Below, piece after piece: positions 12,453 through 20,952 of a DNA stretch of 64,000 nucleotides (position 1 is its first letter; every line of letters begins with the position of its first letter). Made by a program: the position numbers and the translations under genes. The notes under the pieces are model-generated. The model saw only the letters and a list, made by a program, of their open reading frames with translations. It did no database searches and was not told where the DNA came from. Source of the stretch: Deferribacterales bacterium (GTDB lineage: Bacteria > Chrysiogenota > Deferribacteres > Deferribacterales > Geovibrionaceae); the NCBI GenBank assembly GCA_050253075.1, contig JBFWJS010000002.1, forward strand, positions 544,001 through 608,000, given 5' to 3'.

Positions 12453-13589
12453 CTAGCCCATTTTCCTGTAAAAACTGCTTATAACATCACAGACTTCTTC
12501 GATCTCTGCATCAGTTTTATATGCACACATCGGAAGGCTTACTACCTTTTCGGACATCTCTTCGCTGATAGGGAAATCGCCTTTTTTATAGCCGAGGTCG
12601 GCGAAGGCTTCCTGAAGGTGAAGAGGCATAGGATAATGTACGGCACACGGTACCTGATTATCCTGCATATATTTCATCAGTTTGTCTCTTTCCACCGCCT
12701 GAAGGGTAAACTGTGCCCAGACATGCACTGTGTCAGGCATTACATACGGAAGTACTATCTTGCCTGCGTCAGCGAGCGGTTTAAGGAGCTCCATGTATTT
12801 GTTTGCGGTATTATTACGCTTTCTTATCTCAAGGTTTACAAATCTGTCAAACTTAGCATTAAGCACAGCACACTGCATGCTGTCGAGGCGTCCGTTGATG
12901 CCTATTATCTTGTGCTTATATCTTTCATTCTGACCGTGGTTACGCAGCCAGTTGAGTTTTTCGTCCAGCCCGGCATCGCTTGTGAAAACCATACCGCCGT
13001 CGCCGTAGCATCCGAAAGGTTTCGCAGGGAAGAATGATGTAGTACCTATATCGCCGTGTGAGCCTGCCTTCACGCCTTTATACTCTGCGCCGAAAGACTG
13101 TGCAGCATCCTGAACGATGAAAAGGTTATAGTCTTTGATAACTTCACGTATAGCTTCGTAGTCTGCGCACTGACCGTAAAGGTCTACAGGTATGACGCCT
13201 TTTATCTTTTCAAGAGGCACATCTGTTGTCTCGAGGAGTTCTTTCAGCTTCTGAGGACATATATTATATGTCTTAGGGTCGATGTCTACGAAGAGTGGTT
13301 TTGCACCTACAAGGGCGATGCACTCTGCTGTTGCTATGAATGTGAAAGGAGTCGTGATGACATAGTCGCCGTGACCGACCTCATAAGCCATAAGAGCAAG
13401 GACAAGAGCGTCTGTTCCCGAGCTGCATGCCTTTGCGTATGAAGAACCGGTGAAGTCCGTACATTTCTTTTCGAGCTCTGCCACTTCAGGTCCGCCGATA
13501 TACATACCGTGTTCGAGAACCTGTGCTATTGCGTTATCTATCTCAGGTTTAAGTTCCTGATACTGTTGTTTGAGATTACAAAACTGCAT
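12453..13589 (-). CDS. DegT/DnrJ/EryC1/StrS-family PLP-dependent sugar aminotransferase (WbpE-like)
   Basis: SSGTDAL, TPFTFIATAE, VQDAAQSFGA, SFFPAKPFGCYGDGG. Confidence 0.92.
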   Translation of the reverse strand: MQFCNLKQQYQELKPEIDNAIAQVLEHGMYIGGPEVAELEKKCTDFTGSSYAKACSSGTDALVLALMAYEVGHGDYVITTPFTFIATAECIALVGAKPLFVDIDPKTYNICPQKLKELLETTDVPLEKIKGVIPVDLYGQCADYEAIREVIKDYNLFIVQDAAQSFGAEYKGVKAGSHGDIGTTSFFPAKPFGCYGDGGMVFTSDAGLDEKLNWLRNHGQNERYKHKIIGINGRLDSMQCAVLNAKFDRFVNLEIRKRNNTANKYMELLKPLADAGKIVLPYVMPDTVHVWAQFTLQAVERDKLMKYMQDNQVPCAVHYPMPLHLQEAFADLGYKKGDFPISEEMSEKVVSLPMCAYKTDAEIEEVCDVISSFYRKMG

Positions 13590-13675
13590 TTTCCATTCCT
13601 TCTCTGTTTAATTTAGTTAATGCATAAACGATTTATAGACAGCTTTGCGCTGTAATAGTTCAATCATCACAAAAT

Positions 13676-13736
13676 GTCATCCTGAACGCAGTAAAGGATC
13701 TACTATGAACAGATTCTTCGCTGTGCTCAGAATGAC
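13676..13736. repeat. GTC-tagged palindromic repeat doublet, copy 1
   Basis: GTC-ATCCT-GAACGCAGTAA-AGGAT-CT...AG-ATTCT-TCGCTGTGCTC-AGAAT-GAC. Confidence 0.85.
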
Positions 13737-13759
13737 TGTTTAGGTACACTACTGATTAA

Positions 13760-13923
13760 GCACCTTTGTTAACCGTTGTGCTCCATACCCTTCGACCGAT
13801 TACCAAAGAAAATCCTTAGTCCTAAAGAATTTTCTCCCGCGCTACGCCGAACAAGTACGGCTGCGCTTTCGCTTCGCGGGGTACATCCTGCACCTTTGTT
13901 AACCGTTGTGCTCCATACCCTTC
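13760..13923. repeat. Two exact 34-bp direct repeats (13760-13793, 13890-13923) duplicating the 3' end of the ArsR gene
   Basis: GCACCTTTGTTAACCGTTGTGCTCCATACCCTTC occurs twice, 130 bp apart, enclosing 96 bp that contain a GC-rich hairpin. Confidence 0.95.
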
Positions 13924-14246
13924 TCTATTAGCGCACGCACGGCATCGCTGTCAAGAGAGTAAAAGACCTGTTTGCCTGTCTTTTTCCACTGGACCAGTCT
14001 GGAGTTTCTGAGTATGCGGAGCTGGTGTGAAACAGCCGACTGTGAAACACCCGTAAGCTCTGATATATCCTGAACACAAAGCTCGGAAAGAGAGAGCACA
14101 TAGAGTATTTTCACACGGGTGAAATCGGAGAGCAGCTTAAAGGTATCTGCGAGCCCTTTAAGGCTGTCGTCGGAAAGCATCTTACCGCGGAGCTCAGATA
14201 GAAGATCCTCGTGCGGTTCGGATAGCTGAAAAATATCATCTGTCAT
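13899..14246 (-). CDS. ArsR/SmtB-family metal-responsive repressor
   Basis: FKLLSDFTRVKIL, ELCVQDI, SQSAVSHQLRILR, GKQVFYSL. Confidence 0.93.
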   Translation of the reverse strand: MTDDIFQLSEPHEDLLSELRGKMLSDDSLKGLADTFKLLSDFTRVKILYVLSLSELCVQDISELTGVSQSAVSHQLRILRNSRLVQWKKTGKQVFYSLDSDAVRALIEKGMEHNG

Positions 14247-14260
14247 AACATGTCCTCACA

Positions 14261-14274
14261 TGTACAATTGTTCA
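14261..14274. promoter_or_regulatory. ArsR/SmtB-type operator
   Basis: Near-perfect palindrome TGAACAATTGTACA (minus) resembling the TGAA-N6-TTCA core of SmtB/CzrA operators, 3 nt downstream of the -10. Confidence 0.7.
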
Positions 14275-14277
14275 GCT

Positions 14278-14306
14278 ATACTATTACTCTCATATTTTTA
14301 TGTCAA
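14278..14306 (-). promoter_or_regulatory. sigma70 promoter of the ArsR gene
   Basis: TTGACA-N17-TAGTAT. Confidence 0.8.
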
Positions 14307-14336
14307 TTATTTGTTTTACGAAAAATATAGGAAAAT

Positions 14337-15101
14337 TTACAGCCCGAGATATCTGGCAGCCTGAATGAGCGAGACTGCCCCCTGTCTGTTGGTGACACCG
14401 AGCTTTTTATATATGTTTGCGATGTGGAATTTGACCGTTGCCTCAGTGATGTCCAGAGCCGATGCTATGTCCCCTGCTGCAAATCCGCTGCACAGAAGGT
14501 CTGCCACGGCATGCTCTCTGTCGGAAAGTGCGCCTGTGAGCTCTATCACGCTCAGCCTCTTACGCACGATGGTCAGCACGGGGATGACGGTGTTCATTAT
14601 CACCTCTGTGCGGATGTCGGGCTTTGTGCTTCCGCTCCCCAGCGTCATGAGAAATGTCATGTCCTTACTCTCATTATTATTAAATACGGAGCAGCCGTAG
14701 TAAAAGCCGTATTCATTCCGTCTGTTTATGACCGTCTTTTCCCCTTCGGATATCTCACGGTCAAATTTGTCCCAATAGATGAATGTCCCCTCACCCTTTG
14801 CCATCATCCGTTCCATCTCTATGCGCACGGGCTCATGCTCCAGAAATCCTCTGGCATGATACTCCTCCATCCACGCATCGGGGTAAGACAGATTTACGAA
14901 ATGCACATAGCTCCTCGGCGTATAGGCGTCCTTTGAATAGCAGTAAAGAATGTATTCAAAACCAAGATATGAGGTAAAAGCCAGTATGAGTTTATGGAAT
15001 TCGTCCTCACGGGAGGCTGTGAGGCAGTCTTTCATAAAACGTATGACTCTGGTCAGGTCGCTCTTTTCTAGAATATTAAGGGGATCGGCATATTTACTCA
15101 T
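14337..15101 (-). CDS. LuxR-family regulator with autoinducer-binding domain (LuxR solo)
   Basis: N-domain YPDAWMEEY...EPV...YWD...YG; C-terminal HTH LSDRE...IASALDITEATVKFHIANIYKKLGV. Start may be ATG 15116. Confidence 0.88.
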   Translation of the reverse strand: MSKYADPLNILEKSDLTRVIRFMKDCLTASREDEFHKLILAFTSYLGFEYILYCYSKDAYTPRSYVHFVNLSYPDAWMEEYHARGFLEHEPVRIEMERMMAKGEGTFIYWDKFDREISEGEKTVINRRNEYGFYYGCSVFNNNESKDMTFLMTLGSGSTKPDIRTEVIMNTVIPVLTIVRKRLSVIELTGALSDREHAVADLLCSGFAAGDIASALDITEATVKFHIANIYKKLGVTNRQGAVSLIQAARYLGL

Positions 15102-15351
15102 ACACAATAGTAACATACATGGACAAACATGCGCACTTAAAACATTGGAAAGGCTATTTTGAGATGCAGAGATATCTCACGGCAAGGATTACGGAGGAGA
15201 TGTTCCCTATCATTATATACATTCATATGCTTTAAACACATTTTTTTATTAAGCAAAAGGAGCTTTTCTTTAAATTTCTGCTATAATTTTGCCGTAACAT
15301 ATGTTTACATTATAATATGTATCAAGCATAAGTTCAATTCAGGAGGATAAA

Positions 15352-16770
15352 ATGAAGAAGCTGTTCATAGACGGCAGCTGGGTCGATACGGGCAGGACGA
15401 TCGAAGTCAGAAGCCCATTCGACGGCTCCGTCGTAGATACCATATGCGAAGCAAGCATCGACGACACAATGAAAGCCATCGACGCCGCATATAAAGCAAA
15501 AGATATAATGAAGAAACTAACCGCAGCACAGCGCGGAAAGATATTAGATAATATGTCTGCCCTTATCCTCAGAGATCAGGAAGAGATAGCCCGGATAATC
15601 ACCGCAGAAGCGGGCAAGGGGCTCATGTTTTCCAGAGGCGAGGCAAGCCGTACCGCAGAAAACTTTAAATTCGCCGCAGATGAAGCACGCAGACTGGGCG
15701 GAGAGCTCGTGCCTTACGACGCATCAGACAGCGGTGCAAACAGATTCGGATATTTCAAACGCTACCCCATAGGCGTTGTGGGTGCTATTACACCTTTCAA
15801 CTTTCCTCTGAACCTCGTAGCGCATAAGGTAGGCCCTGCTATAGCTGCAGGCAACGCCATAATACTCAAACCCGCATCCAGCACACCGCTCACAGCGGTT
15901 AAGATCGTCGAGCTGCTCCTCGAAGCGGGAATGCCGAAGGAAGGTATAAACCTTGTAGTCGGCTCAGGCTCCGTCGTAGGTAATGCAATGGTGGAATCCG
16001 AAAAGATAAACATGGTGACATTCACAGGCTCGCCAGGCGTCGGTCTCGGCATAAAGGCGAAAGCAGGTATAAAGAAGGTCACCCTCGAGCTCGGCTCAAA
16101 CTCCGCAGCGATTATCCACGAGGACGCCGACATCAGCTACGCAGTGCCTAAGTGTGTAGTGGGCGGATTCGCAAACTCCGGTCAGGTGTGTATCTCCATT
16201 CAGCGTATATACATCCACGAGAGCAGATACGACGAATTCCGCAATATGTTCGTAGACGCTGTGAAAGCCAGCGCATTCGGCGACCCGAACGATGTGAAAA
16301 CCCTCGTCGGCCCGATGATAGATGAAAAAGAGGCAGCCCGTGCCCACGGATGGATAGAAGAAGCCGTGAGAGACGGAGCAAAGATAGCCACAGGCGGTAA
16401 CCGCAAAGGCACTATGCTCGAGCCGACAGTACTCGAAGATACTAATGAGAAGATGACTGTTGTACGTGAGGAGGTCTTCGCACCTATCGTATGCATCATG
16501 AAATATAAGACTCTGGACGAAGTTATCGAAAGGGTGAACGACTCGCAGTTCGGACTGCAGGCGGGCATCTTCACCAATGACATAAAGAACGCCTACAAGG
16601 CCATCGACGAGCTCGAGGTCGGCGGTGTAATGGTGAACGACATGCCTACTTTCCGAGTGGATCAGATGCCATACGGCGGGCTGAAGCTCTCCGGTACAGG
16701 GCGTGAGGGTCCGAAATTTGCAGTCGAGGAAATGACAGAGCTCAAGACCGTAATGTTTAACCTGAATTAG
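15352..16770 (+). CDS. Aldehyde dehydrogenase family protein
   Basis: ITPFNFP, LKPA, FTGS, catalytic Glu LELG and Cys GQVC, EEVFAP; RBS AGGAGG. Confidence 0.95.
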   Translation: MKKLFIDGSWVDTGRTIEVRSPFDGSVVDTICEASIDDTMKAIDAAYKAKDIMKKLTAAQRGKILDNMSALILRDQEEIARIITAEAGKGLMFSRGEASRTAENFKFAADEARRLGGELVPYDASDSGANRFGYFKRYPIGVVGAITPFNFPLNLVAHKVGPAIAAGNAIILKPASSTPLTAVKIVELLLEAGMPKEGINLVVGSGSVVGNAMVESEKINMVTFTGSPGVGLGIKAKAGIKKVTLELGSNSAAIIHEDADISYAVPKCVVGGFANSGQVCISIQRIYIHESRYDEFRNMFVDAVKASAFGDPNDVKTLVGPMIDEKEAARAHGWIEEAVRDGAKIATGGNRKGTMLEPTVLEDTNEKMTVVREEVFAPIVCIMKYKTLDEVIERVNDSQFGLQAGIFTNDIKNAYKAIDELEVGGVMVNDMPTFRVDQMPYGGLKLSGTGREGPKFAVEEMTELKTVMFNLN

Positions 16771-16779
16771 TGCCGAAGC

Positions 16780-16887
16780 GTCATTCAGAGGAAAACATGC
16801 CTGTTCTGACGTATGAATCTCAGCTAAAAGGCTTTATCACACTAAAGCCTGAGATCATTACGTCGCATAAATGCTCCTCATGATGAC
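16780..16887. repeat. GTC-tagged palindromic repeat doublet, copy 2
   Basis: GTC-ATTCA-GAG...CGTA-TGAAT-CT...AG-ATCAT-TACG...CTC-ATGAT-GAC; TGCCGAA occurs on both flanks. Confidence 0.75.
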
Positions 16888-16959
16888 CGATGCCGAACAG
16901 GCTGAACTATAAGGTTATAAAACTGTCATTTAAGCATAAATAACCTATAAAGGACTAAA

Positions 16960-19050
16960 ATGACCAATAAAATACTCAGGGGGGCTTTTGCCCCTCTGCT
17001 TTTATTCATAATACTTTTTGCGTTTTCCGCCTCGGCGGGCATCATCTCAGACATGCAGGTAAAGAACCTCTTCCCAAAGGTGACAGACCTCGAAGGCGGC
17101 GCAGAGCTGTGGCTCAATACAGGCATTCGCAGCAAGACAGAGGAGAACCACACGGTTTTCTCCACCACATATTCATTCTACAGCGGTAAAGATAAGAAGA
17201 TGATGAACATCGTCCGTAAAGGACAGTATGAGACAAACATCGCTCTTTACTCATTCAACAACTTTGTCGATGCTTCAATGTATTTCCACGAGCTGACAAA
17301 GGACGCACCGAAAAACCGCAGTCAGCAGGTGCGATTCGGCGAAAGGGGGCTCTTCTTCCTTTATCCGAAATCCGGCTATATAAACGATGCGGATTTTTAC
17401 CTTGTTTTCATCAATAAGACATTCGTGGTGTGGATACATTCCAACGACGGATTTGCACTCATGGACATAGCAAACCCTATAAACGACAACCTCGATGCCT
17501 TCATAATGAACAACACAGAGATGTACCTTATAAAGAAACTCCATCTGGAAGCCTATGCCGAAGGATATGAGATACAGACGAAAGCCATCGAATTCACAAA
17601 CGAATTCCCCGCAAGCATAAAGGTCAGCGGAAAGGTGTTCACAAAAGACCTCGACCCTATGCCTGCGGCCACCGTCAACATACTCGAGACAGGCGACAGC
17701 ATCCTCACGGACAGCAGCGGCTATTTCGAACACACCATAGAGCTCGACGGCATCAGCGACATAGAGCTGGCGGAAAACTTTTACCTAGACTATGACAAAG
17801 CGTCGAAGATGACCATGTTCAAAGGCGGTTTCTTCGAAAGCGGGCTGAAGTATAACTCCGACGGGAAACTGCGAAACCAGATATGGAAGCTGGAGACAGC
17901 GGGCGAAAAGGTCTTCGGCACTTCATACGTCAAAACATCTCAGGGCTATAAAGGCTATCAGATAAAAGGTACGGCAACGGACGAAGGGATCGAGCTGACC
18001 CTCGACTGCAGGCGGGCCGGCTCAGACTTCGGCTGTGAGCAGATATTCAAAGGAAAGCTGAAAGGGAACGGCATCGAAGGCGAATGGAGCGGGACAGGCG
18101 GCGGAGGCGTATTCAAAGCCGACATGGGCGAATACCGTCCCGTGGAGCGCAAGATCATACTCACACAAAAGACCGCACAGACAAAGACTTTCGGCGTAAA
18201 TGCCGAAGGCAAACTGCTGAAATCATCCGAAAACCTGCTGAACATAGGCGCCAGCCGTGACAGCATAGCAATGATATATGTAAAGCCTAAGAGCGAGGCT
18301 CTCGAGATAGACCCTATAAAGAACATCTCGGCGAAGCTGGTGCTGACCCACCTGCCGGACGACCAGAGCGGACGGATATCACTCTTCAAATACAGTCTGC
18401 GCTATGTAGGAGCACAGGCATACCTCGGCGACAGTAGCTACGCAGGGCAGATATACCCCAGCGAAGAGCCGTATAAGCTGGAGATAGACATAACCGACAT
18501 GCTCGAAAAAGGCGACGGAAGCATCGTCATAGGCGGCGTTCCCGAGGCGGGGAGCACGGGCAACCATAACTTCTCCACCTCTCAGGCGATGTACGACACC
18601 CTGAAGCCATACATAGTGATAACAGAATATGCCAAAGACGGCGGAAAGCAGACAGTGATAAAGCCTTTTGTCATGATAAACGAGCCGAAGAAATCCGCAG
18701 ACCTCATAGGCGACAGAAACCGCCCGGGGAAAGACGGCACAGACGACTATTGCTATGACGCAGTTTTCTCATATCCGGGTAAAAAGCTGACAGGATTCGA
18801 GCTGGAGATAACAGGCGACATCAAGCGCAGGTACAATACCAATCCACTTGACATTTACCCACTGGTAGGATTTATTAATACCAGCGGCAGCCTGCTGAAC
18901 GACAGTAAGGGAGCCCTTGATCACACTTTTGAAAAGAATGCCGAAAAGCTCGGCATATGCATTAACGGCTCTTACGTTCCGACAAAAACAGACAGAATCT
19001 CATACAAATATTATATAGACGGCAGACCTGTGGAAGGACTGCTGAATTAG
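16960..19050 (+). CDS. Secreted multidomain protein of unknown function (696 aa)
   Basis: Sec signal peptide (..FAFSASA); carboxypeptidase-regulatory-like segment VSGKVFTKDLDPMPAATVNI..TDSSGYF; beta-rich remainder. Confidence 0.8.
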   Translation: MTNKILRGAFAPLLLFIILFAFSASAGIISDMQVKNLFPKVTDLEGGAELWLNTGIRSKTEENHTVFSTTYSFYSGKDKKMMNIVRKGQYETNIALYSFNNFVDASMYFHELTKDAPKNRSQQVRFGERGLFFLYPKSGYINDADFYLVFINKTFVVWIHSNDGFALMDIANPINDNLDAFIMNNTEMYLIKKLHLEAYAEGYEIQTKAIEFTNEFPASIKVSGKVFTKDLDPMPAATVNILETGDSILTDSSGYFEHTIELDGISDIELAENFYLDYDKASKMTMFKGGFFESGLKYNSDGKLRNQIWKLETAGEKVFGTSYVKTSQGYKGYQIKGTATDEGIELTLDCRRAGSDFGCEQIFKGKLKGNGIEGEWSGTGGGGVFKADMGEYRPVERKIILTQKTAQTKTFGVNAEGKLLKSSENLLNIGASRDSIAMIYVKPKSEALEIDPIKNISAKLVLTHLPDDQSGRISLFKYSLRYVGAQAYLGDSSYAGQIYPSEEPYKLEIDITDMLEKGDGSIVIGGVPEAGSTGNHNFSTSQAMYDTLKPYIVITEYAKDGGKQTVIKPFVMINEPKKSADLIGDRNRPGKDGTDDYCYDAVFSYPGKKLTGFELEITGDIKRRYNTNPLDIYPLVGFINTSGSLLNDSKGALDHTFEKNAEKLGICINGSYVPTKTDRISYKYYIDGRPVEGLLN

Positions 19051-19058
19051 AGGAACAG

Positions 19059-19205
19059 ATGGAAGATTATATCGGGTTGATCATCTTCGTGGTTCTGGTC
19101 TTCGTACTGGCTAAGCTAAAGCCGGGCGCAGGCTGAGGCCCAAATGCAGACAGCTGCAGTATCGAGGATCGATACAAAAAACAGAAAAAAGAAAAAAAGA
19201 AGTAA
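19059..19205 (+). CDS. Small single-pass membrane protein with in-frame TGA at codon 26 (candidate selenoprotein)
   Basis: RBS GAGGA; MEDYIGLIIFVVLVFVLAKLKPGAG-[TGA 19134-19136]-GPNADSCSIEDRYKKQKKEKKK-TAA. The read-through frame ends exactly at the base before the hemW GTG. Confidence 0.62.
19145..19175 (+). promoter_or_regulatory. Candidate bacterial SECIS hairpin(s)
   Basis: Tandem stems TGCAG-ACAG-CTGCA (19145-19158) and GTATCGA-GGA-TCGATAC (19159-19175); the G-starting loop begins 29 nt after the TGA. Confidence 0.5.
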
Positions 19206-20297
19206 GTGAAAGGTTTATACGTACATATCCCCTTCTGCCGTAATAAATGCGCTTATTGCGGATTCTACTCCGAGACAGACAGCTATGGGTCACAGCTCGA
19301 ATACTTTCGGGCTATGATAACAGACCTGAAATCGAGGGAAAAGAAACGCTACGACTCCATATATATCGGAGGCGGGACACCGTCCACGGCGGATAAGAAG
19401 ATGCTGGCGGCATTCACGGACATAGTGTCCGTTCTGCAGGCGGGGGATTCGAAAGAAACCACAATAGAGGCAAACCCAGAGAGCATCGACGAAGATTTCT
19501 GCCGTATGCTCCACGATTATAAATTCAGCCGTATCAGTATAGGCTGTCAGAGCACCGACGACGGCGTGCTTAAAATGCTCACACGGATACATTCCGCAGC
19601 CGACATCACAAAGGCATACGACACGGTGCGCAGGTTCTGCCCCGACATAGCGGTAAATCTGGACATGATGTACGACATCCCCGGCACAGATTTCGACACA
19701 AGCCATAAAACGATGAAAGACATCATAGCCATGGATCCCGAGCATATATCCGCATATACCTACAGCCACGACACCGACTTTCTCAAAGCGACGGACGACG
19801 ACACGACGGACTTTATGATTGTCCGTGAGGGGCTGGAGGACGCAGGGTATATCAAATACGAGATATCCAACTTCGCCAAAAAAGGGCACGAGAGCATACA
19901 TAACATAAACTATTGGCAGCTTGGGGATTATGACGGCATAGGCGCATCCGCATGGAGCCTTATAAACGAAAAAGACAGACGCATACTCAAAGGCAAGACT
20001 GACAATATAAAAGAATATATAGCAGACCCCACCGCTTTCAAAGAGGTGGAGATAACCGAAAGCCCGAAGATGGAGTACGAGAAGATAGTCTTCGGACTGC
20101 GTATCATCGGCGGTGTAGACGTCGGAACGATCTGCATGAATTTAGATGCAGAGATAAAGGAAAAATTGTATAATTTATTAATACAGCTAGCAGAACAGGA
20201 GCTGATAACATGGGATGGATCAAAGGCGGCATTAACAAAAAAGGGCGAGCTCTTGCTCGACTCTGTGCAATATTTATTATGGGAACAGCTGCCGTAG
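19206..20297 (+). CDS. hemW: Radical SAM heme chaperone HemW (HemN-like)
   Basis: LYVHIPFCRNKCAYC (CxxxCxxC), YIGGGTPS, TIEANP, YEISNFA, HNINYW. Confidence 0.88.
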   Translation: MKGLYVHIPFCRNKCAYCGFYSETDSYGSQLEYFRAMITDLKSREKKRYDSIYIGGGTPSTADKKMLAAFTDIVSVLQAGDSKETTIEANPESIDEDFCRMLHDYKFSRISIGCQSTDDGVLKMLTRIHSAADITKAYDTVRRFCPDIAVNLDMMYDIPGTDFDTSHKTMKDIIAMDPEHISAYTYSHDTDFLKATDDDTTDFMIVREGLEDAGYIKYEISNFAKKGHESIHNINYWQLGDYDGIGASAWSLINEKDRRILKGKTDNIKEYIADPTAFKEVEITESPKMEYEKIVFGLRIIGGVDVGTICMNLDAEIKEKLYNLLIQLAEQELITWDGSKAALTKKGELLLDSVQYLLWEQLP

Positions 20298-20539
20298 CAG
20301 CATATGCCGGATGTGCCGGCGACTGCATGACATGCCATCCAAAGCTGGAAGGGAGCACTGACCATCTGGCACTGAAAAACTGTATTTCCTGTCACACGCC
20401 TTCGACAGAAAAACTCTTTGAATTTGGCGGCGGCGCAGCAGAGGAATGCGGAAACGACTGCTTTCAGTGTCACCAGCAGTGGCCTGCGGACGGGAATCAC
20501 GCTCCGCTCGACACATGCCAGAGCTGTCACCAGAAATAG
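20210..20539 (+). CDS. Small periplasmic tetraheme cytochrome c
   Basis: RBS AGGAG; signal peptide ending AYA; four CxxCH motifs (CMTCH, CISCH, CFQCH, CQSCH) in about 76 mature residues. Confidence 0.88.
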   Translation: MGWIKGGINKKGRALARLCAIFIMGTAAVAAYAGCAGDCMTCHPKLEGSTDHLALKNCISCHTPSTEKLFEFGGGAAEECGNDCFQCHQQWPADGNHAPLDTCQSCHQK

Positions 20540-20547
20540 GGGGAAAA

Positions 20548-20952
20548 ATGCACATAGCCTGGAACGAATGCCTCATCAGCGGAAATACGACCATCGACTC
20601 ACAGCATCAGGAGCTCTTTACCCACATCAATTCATTTTTTAACAGTATTGACAAAGAGTTCAACCACGAGACGACCGTCCGCACACTTAACTATCTGGTA
20701 AAATACGTCCGCTTTCACTTCGGCACTGAAGAGGAGCTCATGGAAAGCAGCGACTATCAGGAACTGAAAGTACATAAAGCAGCACACAGAAAGCTGGTCG
20801 ACTCGCTCATGGTCTGCTATAAAAAGCTCATCGCTGAAGGGAACGCCATGTGTGTTAAAGATGAGCTGACGGAGCTTTTACAGGTGTGGTTCGTAGACCA
20901 CATCATGACATACGACCAGAGGCTTGCCGCTTTTCTAAAATATAATGGCTGA
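20548..20952 (+). CDS. Single-domain bacteriohemerythrin
   Basis: W..GNTTIDSQHQELF, HFGTEEELM, HKAAH, WFVDHIMTYD iron-ligand pattern. Start moved to ATG 20548 after GGGGG. Confidence 0.93.
   Translation: MHIAWNECLISGNTTIDSQHQELFTHINSFFNSIDKEFNHETTVRTLNYLVKYVRFHFGTEEELMESSDYQELKVHKAAHRKLVDSLMVCYKKLIAEGNAMCVKDELTELLQVWFVDHIMTYDQRLAAFLKYNG

Noticed and set aside
15102..15351. lux box upstream of the ALDH gene
   Set aside because: Only weak AT-rich inverted repeats (ACATAT-N12-ATATGT); nothing resembling ACCT-N-AGGT.
20446..20547. N-terminal extension of the hemerythrin ORF
   Set aside because: It overlaps the cytochrome heme motifs; ATG 20548 has an RBS and gives a typical hemerythrin start.
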